From positions 32,001 to 96,000 of the forward strand of contig CAVUZH010000003.1 in the NCBI GenBank assembly GCA_963745835.1: a stretch of 64,000 nucleotides of DNA. Reading direction: 5' to 3'. A program made the translations under genes and the position numbers. Positions 30,788 through 39,910 of this stretch are shown here, in pieces. Origin of the DNA: an uncultured delta proteobacterium. GTDB taxonomy: Bacteria > Desulfobacterota > Binatia > UBA9968. Position 1 is the stretch's first letter; each line of letters opens with the position of its first letter. The notes under the pieces were generated by a model. The model did no database searches. It was not told where the DNA came from and worked only from the letters and a program-made list of their open reading frames with translations.

Positions 30788-30988
30788 ATGTTTGGTCTGG
30801 GGCTCGGAGAGCTGGTAATCGTTCTCCTCATCCTGATTATCTTGTTTAGTCGGCGCCTGCCCGACTTGGGCGATAGCTTGGGCAAAGGCATTCGAAAATT
30901 CCGCAGATCCCTCAAGGAATCCGACGAAATCGACATTACGCCAAATGAAGCCACGAGCAAAGACAGGCCCGCCAAAAGGTCCCCCTAG
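30788..30988 (+). CDS. tatA: Twin-arginine translocase TatA/E
   Basis: MFGLGLGELVIVLLILIILF...LPDLGDSLGKGIRKFR; AGGAGG RBS. Confidence 0.9.
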   Translation: MFGLGLGELVIVLLILIILFSRRLPDLGDSLGKGIRKFRRSLKESDEIDITPNEATSKDRPAKRSP

Positions 30989-30989
30989 G

Positions 30990-32033
30990 CTAGGTCTCTT
31001 CTTCAGCTGCCAGTACGGTCGCGGTAAATTTTTTGACGGCTTTCGCTGGCTTTAAGAAAACAATCGTGAAAGGTACGGAATCTCCGGGAGGAATTTCGAA
31101 AGTTTTCAGCGGTCTCAAACGTTGCAAGTCTAAAATATCTTGTGCGGTCATGCCTCGGATGATTTTGGCCGAGATCGCGTTGCCGATCCACATTTCTTGC
31201 TGTTCGATGGCTTTTTCGTCCGAGTCATAGGTCTGACCGCCAATACGCACTTCTCGGATGACAACCGGGTTTTGATTCATCGCTACACCACTGACTACAA
31301 AGATTTCTCGGTTTCCTTGTATCACCTGATAACTGCCGCGCAACGATTGTAATGCCACCCGCTCCTTTAATAGGTTATTTCTGGCGATGACCGCGCCAAT
31401 CAAAGGAACTTTCTTTATCCAACGGTCCAAAACTTGGGGATAGGCGTATTGAAACGCAGTCGCTAGCGAGAAGAACAGGATCAACAAAGCGAACAAGGAA
31501 AAATAAGGTAGAGTTGACGTTTGCTGATCGCGATAGGGCTCGAGACTCGAGATGTTACTGGTTGGCATTGTCGGCGAGATCTCTTCGGAATTTTTTCCTG
31601 ATCGCTTGGCGGGTTCACGATGTTCCGTTTCTCCTCTGACCCGCTGCGATGGCGGATCCGCAGAAAGCGTGAAAGGTTCCTCAGATTTGACCTCGCCCGG
31701 TAATGACCACCGCTGCCGTTCTTGTTCGATCAATGAATCGACCGAATCCGGCGCAGGAAAATGGGTCGGCAGGGTAGCACTGATTTCGTGTTGGTCGCGA
31801 TCGACCCATGCTTTCTCATGTTCTGGCTCAAATACGAGATTCAACTCGCCGCCGTCATCGTCACCCGGCATTTTTGAGTCTAACTCTCTGGGCGGCACCG
31901 TCTCGACTGACGCATTCAGCTCACCTTCGAACGTGTGTTTGCAGCGAGAACAACGAAAGGCGGGAGTGGTGCCGGTTACAAGTTCGTCGGCCACTTTGTA
32001 AGTGGTCGCGCAGCTCGGGCATCTGACCAGCAT
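30990..32033 (-). CDS. Zinc-ribbon (MJ0042-type) plus DUF3426 membrane protein
   Basis: CPSCATTYKV...RCSRCKHTF; one TM; C-terminal IPPGDSVPFTIVF. Confidence 0.8.
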   Translation of the reverse strand: MLVRCPSCATTYKVADELVTGTTPAFRCSRCKHTFEGELNASVETVPPRELDSKMPGDDDGGELNLVFEPEHEKAWVDRDQHEISATLPTHFPAPDSVDSLIEQERQRWSLPGEVKSEEPFTLSADPPSQRVRGETEHREPAKRSGKNSEEISPTMPTSNISSLEPYRDQQTSTLPYFSLFALLILFFSLATAFQYAYPQVLDRWIKKVPLIGAVIARNNLLKERVALQSLRGSYQVIQGNREIFVVSGVAMNQNPVVIREVRIGGQTYDSDEKAIEQQEMWIGNAISAKIIRGMTAQDILDLQRLRPLKTFEIPPGDSVPFTIVFLKPAKAVKKFTATVLAAEEET

Positions 32034-32143
32034 TAATTGGTTCCCTTGGTGAAAAGTAGATCGACGGAATGGAGAGATATCACGGGTATTTTAAGCCAAT
32101 TCGCGAAAACTTCAAGGTTTTGATATCACGTTTTGTTTCGGCC

Positions 32144-32168
32144 TGAATAAAAGATAGTGGAAAACGTC
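32144..32168 (+). promoter_or_regulatory. Candidate autoregulated ECF promoter
   Basis: TGAAT-N16-CGTC just upstream of the ECF sigma gene. Confidence 0.4.
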
Positions 32169-32185
32169 AAACAGGCAGGGTCAAT

Positions 32186-32740
32186 GTGGAGCTAAGTGAC
32201 TGGCAGCTGGTCCAAAAGTGTCAAGCTGGAGATATTGCAAGCTTCCAAGAACTGGTTTCGCGATATCATCAGAAGGTCTACATGGTCATCGTTGGCTTAC
32301 TACGCAACCCGGATGATGCCATGGAGGTCGCGCAGGAGTCGTTTTTTCGGGCCTATCGAAAGATCACCAGCTTTCAAGGTCAATCTTCTTTTTATACCTG
32401 GCTTTACCGGATCGCGATCAATATTTGCATCGATCATCAGAGGCGTGAAAAGAGGAGCCCTCTGGAGTTTCGCGAGAGCATGGATGAGGTTTTTGAACAG
32501 CAGAATGAGGTTGCCAAAGATCCGTTTTTAGATGTTCACGATCGCGAGCTGAGAGAGAAAATGTTGTCTGCAATAGATGATTTGACTCCCGAGCACAAAG
32601 CCGTCATCGTTCTGAGGACTTTGGAAGGCATGTCATATAAAGACATTGGCGAAATTCTCGGCTGCTCCGAAGGAACGGTCATGAGTCGCTTACATTATGC
32701 CCGAAAAAAACTTCAGCATAAGCTGAGCGCCTTTTTATGA
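32186..32740 (+). CDS. ECF sigma-70 factor (RpoE/SigW-like)
   Basis: FQELVSRY, AQESFFRAY, SSFYTWLYRIAIN, EGMSYKDIGEILGCSEGTVMSRLHYAR. Confidence 0.93.
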   Translation: MELSDWQLVQKCQAGDIASFQELVSRYHQKVYMVIVGLLRNPDDAMEVAQESFFRAYRKITSFQGQSSFYTWLYRIAINICIDHQRREKRSPLEFRESMDEVFEQQNEVAKDPFLDVHDRELREKMLSAIDDLTPEHKAVIVLRTLEGMSYKDIGEILGCSEGTVMSRLHYARKKLQHKLSAFL

Positions 32741-33279
32741 GTAACTGTGAAACTACTAGAGAAACTATCGGAGCCTGGCTCGATGGCGAACTCGCCGCGG
32801 CGCAAGCCGAGGCTACCGGTCGTCATCTTGAAGTGTGCGCCGCCTGTCGCGAAGAGAGGCACCGGTTGGAACGTCTCCACTCCAGTATGCGGTCGGTCTT
32901 GGAAGCGAATGGGTCAGAGATTCAATTTGAGCCATTTTGGCAGGGCGTACAGCGACGCATCGCGCAGAAGAGGAATTGGTACGACGAACTGGGCGATCGG
33001 GTTCGAGGCACCTTCAGCGCTCCTAGGCTCGCTTGGGCCATTCCCGCAGTGATCGTAATTGTGCTCGCAGGATTGTACATCGATTCGTTCTTCCCCAATG
33101 CAAAAGTCGGCACCCAGAGCGACAATTTGGCTACGGTTGAATCGATCGATGCATACGGACGCAATGTCGCCCTGCTACATGAGGGTGAAACGAACACCAC
33201 GGTGATTTGGCTGTACCAACCTCAAGAAACCGAGAATGACTCTTCTACGGAACCTTCTGAAACTAAGCCTTCTTTCTAG
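32737..33279 (+). CDS. zf-HC2 membrane anti-sigma factor
   Basis: AWLDGEL...HLEVCAAC (HxxxCxxC), one TM; ATGA overlap with the sigma gene. Confidence 0.88.
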   Translation: MSNCETTRETIGAWLDGELAAAQAEATGRHLEVCAACREERHRLERLHSSMRSVLEANGSEIQFEPFWQGVQRRIAQKRNWYDELGDRVRGTFSAPRLAWAIPAVIVIVLAGLYIDSFFPNAKVGTQSDNLATVESIDAYGRNVALLHEGETNTTVIWLYQPQETENDSSTEPSETKPSF

Positions 33280-33697
33280 CCTCCTGTTGCTGGCGGTGTA
33301 CGCCGAAGGCGCTGAGACTGGATCGAGGCCTGTTCAGGTAAAGATCGGCACTATTCTAGCGTCAAACGAAAGCGATCAGTTCGATGCGCGGCTTAAGCCA
33401 ATGGAGAGGCAATTGAAAGTGATGAAATATCGTTCTTATCGCCTGCTGAAAGAAGATAGCCAAGCGGTTCCATGGAACGATAATGCAACATTTGAAATTC
33501 CCGGGGGCAGGTCGCTTGCCATCTCGCCTCAAGACACAAAAGATAAACAAATCGCTTTGAAGGTCCGCTTGACCGAGGGTACGAAGCCTTTGTTGGATAC
33601 CACAGTGCGACTTCAAAACCAGGGTTACTTTCTACTAGGTGGGCCGCCGCATGAGGGCGGAGCTTTGGTGATATCGATATCCGCCTTTGCGCAATAG
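33236..33697 (+). CDS. Secreted hypothetical protein, third gene of the ECF operon
   Basis: Signal peptide; overlaps the anti-sigma gene; C-terminal LLGGPPHEGGALVI. Confidence 0.7.
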   Translation: MTLLRNLLKLSLLSSLLLLAVYAEGAETGSRPVQVKIGTILASNESDQFDARLKPMERQLKVMKYRSYRLLKEDSQAVPWNDNATFEIPGGRSLAISPQDTKDKQIALKVRLTEGTKPLLDTTVRLQNQGYFLLGGPPHEGGALVISISAFAQ

Positions 33698-33955
33698 CTA
33701 CTCGACAACATTTTTTTCGATCGGCTCGACCGTCACTCCCTTTTCCTTGAGCCATGCAACGGCTTTGTCTACTTCGGTCTGTGCGCCGTTGATCTCGAGG
33801 GCCATCAATGCCATCTCGGCAGTCACAGTTGAGCCGCGAATGTTGAAAACCACGTCGAATTGCTTTGCCATTGAAGACAGCACGGGTTCTCGCACCAGAG
33901 TCCTGGGGAACGTGAGGTAGATTCTCTCGCGGACTGCTTCTCGCTTCTTCTTCAT
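33698..33955 (-). CDS. Stand-alone NIL-domain protein
   Basis: LTFPRTLVREPVL...FDVVFNIRGSTVT...AVAWLKEKGVTVEP; last gene of the SAM operon. Confidence 0.85.
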   Translation of the reverse strand: MKKKREAVRERIYLTFPRTLVREPVLSSMAKQFDVVFNIRGSTVTAEMALMALEINGAQTEVDKAVAWLKEKGVTVEPIEKNVVE

Positions 33956-33958
33956 TTT

Positions 33959-34960
33959 CTAAATCGAAAACTTCAGCTTGCCAACCGCCATTCGGTCGCG
34001 CCAGCCGACCCACAGGCTGGTGGATAGGTACTTGTCCCCGAAGTCAGGAAAAACCGTGACGATAATGCCAGAATGCAGCTTGCGCGCTATTTTCAGGCTG
34101 GCAAACATGGCTGCGCCCGATGACTGGCCGACTAAAATCCCTTCTTCTTGGCTCAAGCGGTACACCATGGCATAGGCGTCTTCGGTTGAGACCGGAATCT
34201 TACGATCCAGCTCATCTTCATGATAGATGCCGGGCACGATTGAGCTCGCCATGTGCTTGAGCCCCTCGAGACCGTGTAGGGCGTCATCGGGTTCGACGGC
34301 AATAACCTGTATGCCCCGATTCAACTCTTTAAGATAACGCCCCGTCCCCATTATGGTTCCGCCGGTGCCGATACCTGCGACGAAATGAGTGATCTTGCCA
34401 TCGGTTTGCCGATAAACTTCCGGTCCGGTTGTCTCGTAGTGGGCCTGTGGATTCATGGAATTAAAATATTGATCGGGTTTAAAGTAACGGTCAGGATTGT
34501 CTCGTAGAATTTCGCGGCTAAGCCGGATCGCGCCATCAGAGCCTTCTAGCGGATCGCTGAAGGTGATTTTGGCACCGTAAGCCTGGATAATCTGCTTGCG
34601 CTCAATACTAACGTTGGCCGGAATCACCAGCTCGACGGGAAAGCCCAACACTCTACCGATTAACGCCAAGCCGATGCCGGTGTTGCCGGAGGTTGAATCG
34701 AGAATGACTTTGTCGGGCGTTAGAGTTCCGACCTGAATTCCTTGTTGAATCATCCGCAACGCCGGCCGATCCTTAACCGAACCGCCCGGATTGAATCCTT
34801 CTAATTTGGCAAATATGCGAACTCCGGCAGACAAGCCTTCGGTAATCTTGCGGATCTCCAGCAGCGGAGTGTTGCCGATGAGATCGAGCACCGAGCCGAT
34901 CTCTTTTGATTCCCGTGGGAGCGCGTGAACCAGCCGCAAGTTGTGATTGGCTTTCACCAT
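33959..34960 (-). CDS. cysM: PLP-dependent cysteine synthase, CysM-like
   Basis: IGNTPL, KLEGFNPGGSVKDR, STSGNTG, GIGTGGT, GQSSGA. Confidence 0.85.
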   Translation of the reverse strand: MVKANHNLRLVHALPRESKEIGSVLDLIGNTPLLEIRKITEGLSAGVRIFAKLEGFNPGGSVKDRPALRMIQQGIQVGTLTPDKVILDSTSGNTGIGLALIGRVLGFPVELVIPANVSIERKQIIQAYGAKITFSDPLEGSDGAIRLSREILRDNPDRYFKPDQYFNSMNPQAHYETTGPEVYRQTDGKITHFVAGIGTGGTIMGTGRYLKELNRGIQVIAVEPDDALHGLEGLKHMASSIVPGIYHEDELDRKIPVSTEDAYAMVYRLSQEEGILVGQSSGAAMFASLKIARKLHSGIIVTVFPDFGDKYLSTSLWVGWRDRMAVGKLKFSI

Positions 34961-34980
34961 AAGCTCAAAGTGATGTTCCG

Positions 34981-35259
34981 CTAACGCCCTCCGGCAATGG
35001 CGGGAACGATAGAGATGTTGTCGCCTTCTTTAAGCGCGGTCTCCAGGTTTTGTAAAAAACGAATATCGTCGCCATTGACATACACATTGACGAATCGCCG
35101 TACTTTGCCGGTCTCGTCACAAATTCGTTCTTTGATCCCGGGATAGTTTTTTTCCAGGTCTTCGACGATCGACCGGATATTGTTTCCTTGCGCGTTGACC
35201 TCGTCAACTCCTTGGGTGAATTTGCGCAATGGCGTAGGAACACGAACTCGAACCGACAT
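34981..35259 (-). CDS. MoaD/ThiS/CysO-like ubiquitin-fold sulfur carrier
   Basis: VRVPTPLRK, RRFVNVYVNGDDIRF, C-terminus PAIAGG-R; GGAGG RBS. Confidence 0.92.
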   Translation of the reverse strand: MSVRVRVPTPLRKFTQGVDEVNAQGNNIRSIVEDLEKNYPGIKERICDETGKVRRFVNVYVNGDDIRFLQNLETALKEGDNISIVPAIAGGR

Positions 35260-35352
35260 AACCATCCTCCTGAAAACTTACCGGCGTTCTAGCCTTAGCT
35301 AACATAGTCCGTAGCCTGGGGCCATGCAAGCCGTTACACCGGCATGATAAAA

Positions 35353-36603
35353 TTAGTTGCCTGCCGCCAGTGAAACCGGCGGATTCAGATGTTGATAGAG
35401 CTGATCGAAATTTTCCAACGTGGCTTTAATCGTGTAGGGCTGCTCGACGCTGCGGGCTACCGCCTCAAGAGTTTTGTAACCGTTACCAGTGATGTTAATA
35501 ACGATCGAATGATCATGCGGAATTCGTCCTTTTTGGATAAGTTTCCTGGTTACCGCGACTTCGGTTCCTCCCGCCGGCCCGGTAAAGATTCCTTCAGTCC
35601 TTGCGAGCAGTTTGATCCCTTCAATAATTTCTTCATCCGTGACACTCTCGCCCCAAACCGCCGACTCTTTGATCGCGTGAACGACGTAGTAGCCATCTGC
35701 CGGATTGCCAATCGCGATCGAACTCGCAATCGTGTTGGGCTTTACCGGACTTATCATATCCGTGCCCTTATGAAGGGCATTGATGATCGGAGCGCATCCA
35801 GCGGCCTGCGCCGAGTAAATCTTGCAACCGGTATCTTGCACCAGTCCCACTTTCCTTGAACGCCTTGGCCAGCTTGGGCAGAATGGTTCCACCCGCCGAG
35901 GCAACCACGACGCGTTTAGGAAGCTTCCAACCTAGCTGTTCGGCGATCTCATAAGCATGTGTTTTTACGCCTTCCGAATAGTAAGGCCGTAGATTCACGT
36001 TGACGAACGCCCAACCATACTTATCGCCGATTTCGCTGCAGATCCGGTTGACGTCATCGTAGTTCTCTTTGATGACGATCGTTTTTTGTCCATAAATAGC
36101 TGAGCCAATAATTTTTCCCTGTTCCAGTCCGTCGGGAATAAAAACATAGCAATTGAGTCCGGCTTTGGCGGCGTGAGCGGCGACAGAGTTCGCAAGATTA
36201 CCGGTCGAGGCGCACGAGACCGTATCGAAGCCGAATTCGATAGCCTTGGCGATAGCGACGGAGACCACCCGATCCTTATATGAAAAGGTCGGGTGATTGA
36301 CTGAATCATCTTTGGTGTAAAGCTCCTTCACTCTAATGCTTCCGCCAATCGATGGGCTTTGACCAGCGGAGTAAAACCCGAATACATCCCAACCTGCCCT
36401 TCTCCATCGATCGGCAGCAGCTCGCGATAGCGCCAAAGATTTTTGTCGCGTCCGGCGATCTTTCCGCGGCTGATTGCATTAGCGATGACGTCATAGTTGT
36501 AAACGATTTCCAGTGGCCCGAAGCAAGTCTCGCAAACATGCAGCGGCTCTTTAGGGTAGTCTTGACCGCACTCTCGACACTGGAGTCCTCTGACAAAACT
36601 CAT
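35353..36603 (-). pseudogene. Threonine synthase-like PLP enzyme (possible O-phosphohomoserine sulfhydrylase), two frameshifts
   Basis: CRECG/CETCFG N-terminus, HPTFSYKDR, CASTGNLA, SIAIGNP, TGNGYKT spread over three frames; breaks near 36333 and 35852. Confidence 0.85.
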
Positions 36604-36621
36604 GAATCTTCCTTTCTAGTC

Positions 36622-37422
36622 CTACTCCTGGATGATTTTCGGAATCGGCGCCTCGCTCGTCATCAACGACCGGCACGCCGCGCAATCCGGGTCTTTCCTT
36701 ACCTCTACGTGATGAAACTTCATGGCTCTGGCGTCATAAGTAAGGAGACGATCCGTCAACAGTCCTTCTTCGAAGCCGATCAGATACTTGATGGCCTCGG
36801 TGGCTTGGATCGAGCCAATTGTTCCGGCGACGGCGCCGAGGATGCCGGACTGCTGGCAATTCAAGATTTCTGCCGGCGGCGGAGGCTCTTTGAAGAGGCA
36901 ACGGTAACAAGCAGTTTTGCCAGGAATCACAGTCATGGTTTGGCCCTGCCATCTGACGATGCCGGCATGTGAATAAGCCTTTTTCAAACGCACCGCGGCA
37001 TCGTTAACCAGGAACTTGGTCTCAAAATTATCGCTGCCGTCGATTATAAATTGATACTGCGAAAAGAGTTCATCTATATTGTCGGAACCAAGCCTTACAG
37101 GATAAGTAATCACCTCGACGTCGGGATTTAGCTGGGTAAGAGTCTCTTTGCCGGATTCTACTTTTGCCTTGCCCAGATCGGCGGTGGCATGAAGAATCTG
37201 ACGCTGCAGGTTCGATAGTTCGACATTATCGGCATCAATCAACCCCAAGGTGCCCGCGCCCGCTGCGGCTAGATAAAATGCGCTTGGCGAGCCCAAGCCG
37301 CCCGCGCCAATGATCAGAATTCGACCCTGGCGCAGGCGTATTTGTCCTTTGCCGCCGAAATCCGGCACAAGTATTTGACGGCTGTAGCGTTCAATCTGTT
37401 CTGTTGTCAGGCTGAGGCTCAT
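36622..37422 (-). CDS. MoeB/ThiF/HesA adenylyltransferase, no rhodanese domain
   Basis: RYSRQ, GAGGLGS, SNLQRQ, DGSDNF, CYRC and CAAC. Confidence 0.92.
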   Translation of the reverse strand: MSLSLTTEQIERYSRQILVPDFGGKGQIRLRQGRILIIGAGGLGSPSAFYLAAAGAGTLGLIDADNVELSNLQRQILHATADLGKAKVESGKETLTQLNPDVEVITYPVRLGSDNIDELFSQYQFIIDGSDNFETKFLVNDAAVRLKKAYSHAGIVRWQGQTMTVIPGKTACYRCLFKEPPPPAEILNCQQSGILGAVAGTIGSIQATEAIKYLIGFEEGLLTDRLLTYDARAMKFHHVEVRKDPDCAACRSLMTSEAPIPKIIQE

Positions 37423-37433
37423 AAAATTTTGTC

Positions 37434-37470
37434 AAAAAAAAACCTCTTCTGTCGATAAGAAGAGGTTTTT
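37434..37470 (-). terminator. Intrinsic terminator (riboswitch expression platform)
   Basis: Minus strand ACCTCTTCT-TATCGAC-AGAAGAGG followed by T9. Confidence 0.88.
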
Positions 37471-37480
37471 AAATCACCTC

Positions 37481-37590
37481 ACCTTATCTTTCCCCCGGCA
37501 TCGCAGGGGTTGGAATTAGCACCAGGGTTCCTTTCGGAACCGGTTGCTGTGGCTTCGAAGGGCCGATCCCTCCACCACTCTGAATAAGGT
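37481..37590 (-). ncRNA. SAM-I (S-box) riboswitch
   Basis: Minus strand ACCTTATTCAGAGTGGTGGAGGGA...GGCCC...GAAGCCACAGCAACC...GGTGCTAATTCC...GAAAGATAAGGT. P1 is ACCTTAT/ATAAGGT; antiterminator GATAAG-GT-GAGGT pairs with ACCTC-TT-CTTATC. Confidence 0.93.
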
Positions 37591-37608
37591 TCAGAATATT
37601 TAGTCGTG

Positions 37609-37637
37609 AACGTATCGTAGGTAATTCATAGTGTCAA
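37609..37637 (-). promoter_or_regulatory. Sigma-70 promoter for the SAM riboswitch operon
   Basis: Minus strand TTGACA-N17-TACGTT, ending about 19 nt before the aptamer. Confidence 0.55.
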
Positions 37638-37857
37638 GCAATCAAGTGGACCCCATCAGAATGCGTAGTCGGCTAAACAAGGTTCTACGCGGCAGTCCTC
37701 CTTGTATCGAGGTTTTCAGAGAAGCCGCTGAGCGAGTGACCGTCATCCGAGCGACCCTCTGTACGGGTGGCGATTTGAAACAAGGTGAAAAACGATTCCA
37801 GTTCTGATATCAGTCTCCTGCGTTTTTGGATAAATCTGATGCGTTGAAGGAGCTTCG

Positions 37858-39327
37858 GTGGGTTTGACACAAGAAGTAGCGAATTACGTTTTTAAGGTGA
37901 GCTATAAAGATATTCCTTCGGAAGTGATTCGTTTGGCGCAGGGCTTCATCCTCGACGGACTCGGTGTGGCGCTGGCAGGCTCGACCGATGAGTGCTCGCG
38001 CATTGTGCAGGCGCATGTCCGGAAGTTGGGCGGCAGGGAAGAGTGCGCGGTGCTCGGGACTGCTTGGTCGGCACCGACGCCGAAAGCGGCGTTAGCCAAT
38101 GGTGTTGCCGGTCATGCTATGGACTACGACGACACGCAGCTCTCCACGTCCAAAGAGGCGGTGTATGGGTTGTTGACGCACCCGACGACACCGGTCTTGG
38201 CAGCCGTTTTGGCCGTCGGCGAGAAACAAAAAATTAGTGGCGCAGAGCTCCTGCTGGCGTACATCGTCGGAGTCGAAGTTGAGTGCCGCATCGCCGACTC
38301 GATCAATCCGCGCCATTATCAATCGGGGTTCCATTCGACTGCGACCATGGGCGGCCTCGGCGCAGTGATGGCGGTGGGGAAGCTTTTGCGGCTGAGGGAA
38401 AATGTTTTAGTTCAGGCCCTCGGTATCTGTGCCAGCATGGCCGCCGGACTGCGGGAGAACTTCGGTACCATGACCAAGCCGCTCCATGCCGGCCGCGCGG
38501 CTGAGAACGGTGTGACGGCCGCTCTGCTAGCGCAGAGCGGCTTTACCGCTGCCACCAACATTCTCGAAGCGCAGCGAGGGTTCTATCACGCCATGGCCGG
38601 CGGCTACGATGAAAGCAAGATCGCCGGCCGGCTTGGCCGCCCTTATTTTATGGAAGAGCCCGGGATATCGATCAAGCCTTACCCTTCGGGGTCCCTGTCT
38701 CATCCGGCCCAGGACTTGATTCTCGATCTGGTCAGAGAGCATGATCTCCATGCGTCTGATATCGAATCCATTGAGGTTGGCACCAACTCCAACGTACCCA
38801 ACGCCTTAATTTATCCGATGCCGAAGACGGCGCTGGAAGCAAAGTTCAGCATTCCTTTTTGCATGGCCATTGCGGTGCTCGAGCGCAAGGCCGGAATAGC
38901 CCAGTTCGCCGATAGTAAAGTACGGCAGAAAAAAGTCGTTGAACTGATGAAACGGGTCAGGCTTTACGTCGATGATGAGCTGGAGGCTCTGGGTTTCGAT
39001 CAGGTGCGCTCGCGCATTCGCATCAGACTTCATAACGGCCGGAGCATCGAAGGGCGGTATGATGTTGCTCGTGGCCACCCGGAAAAGCCCATGAGCTGGA
39101 GTGAGTTAGCCGAAAAGTTCAAAGAATGTGCGAGCCTTGCGGTGCCGGCGGATAATGCCGGACGTGTCATCGATCTGGTAGCTCGGCTGGCGGAGCTTAA
39201 AACTTTGAATCCATTGATTCGCGCGCTGGGGAGCTCAAAGGCCCGAAAGAAAATATCACCACGATTTACCCAAGCGCGCCTGCAGCACAGTAAGGAGCAC
39301 AAGTGGAGCCGTACTCGCAAGCCATAG
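37858..39327 (+). CDS. MmgE/PrpD family protein
   Basis: AALANGVAGHAMDYDD, THP, GFHST, TKPLHAG, KPYP, AKFSIPF, RGHPEKP. Confidence 0.92.
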   Translation: MGLTQEVANYVFKVSYKDIPSEVIRLAQGFILDGLGVALAGSTDECSRIVQAHVRKLGGREECAVLGTAWSAPTPKAALANGVAGHAMDYDDTQLSTSKEAVYGLLTHPTTPVLAAVLAVGEKQKISGAELLLAYIVGVEVECRIADSINPRHYQSGFHSTATMGGLGAVMAVGKLLRLRENVLVQALGICASMAAGLRENFGTMTKPLHAGRAAENGVTAALLAQSGFTAATNILEAQRGFYHAMAGGYDESKIAGRLGRPYFMEEPGISIKPYPSGSLSHPAQDLILDLVREHDLHASDIESIEVGTNSNVPNALIYPMPKTALEAKFSIPFCMAIAVLERKAGIAQFADSKVRQKKVVELMKRVRLYVDDELEALGFDQVRSRIRIRLHNGRSIEGRYDVARGHPEKPMSWSELAEKFKECASLAVPADNAGRVIDLVARLAELKTLNPLIRALGSSKARKKISPRFTQARLQHSKEHKWSRTRKP

Positions 39328-39857
39328 GACGATTTGTCCGTGGCTTGAGCATAGACGATGTTCCCCAAGCCGTCGTCGATAAAGCCAAGCTGGTCCTTCT
39401 CGATACGATTGGCGTGGCGCTAGCCTCTTCGACAATGCAGTTCGGCGCTATGGTAACGAGAGTTGCGCAAGCTTTCCGGGGGGTCGCCGAACCGGTCATG
39501 CTCATTCGTGGCCGCGCCGGCCTCGAGGAGTTTACTGATGAAGCGATTCACGAGCCTACGGTGCTGGCTCTCGCGAGAAAGGTACGCTACGAACTCGACT
39601 CGACGATTGATTATCCCTGACACTTCTCGGGTCACGTGAAGATTCGCTTGGCTGATGGCAGCGTCCTTGAAGCGGATCAGGCCCATCCGCGGGGCGGGTT
39701 CGAAGACCCGCTGCCGCCCGAGGAGATTCAAGCCAAGTTTCGCGCTAATGCGTCACTCCGTCTGCCACCGGACCGAGCCGATCAGATCATTGAGGTTGTG
39801 GCACGGCTGGAAGAGATGCCAACCATTACGTCGTTGAGCGATCTGTTGAAACCTTGA
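39303..39857 (+). pseudogene. Second MmgE/PrpD gene, internally deleted and with a nonsense codon
   Basis: N-terminal KAKLVLLDTIGVALA joins directly to C-terminal LIRGRAGLEEF; TGA at 39618-39620, then HFSGHVKI...HPRGG. Confidence 0.8.
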
Positions 39858-39910
39858 AAATAAGAGTAAAGTCTCGAGAGAGCCAGTCCTAGTACATGGA
39901 GGAGCGAATC

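Noticed and set aside
39618-39620. In-frame TGA in the second PrpD as possible selenocysteine
   Set aside because: Context DYP*HFSG is not a Cys motif and fits CGA to TGA; the gene also has a large internal deletion, so pseudogene is simpler.
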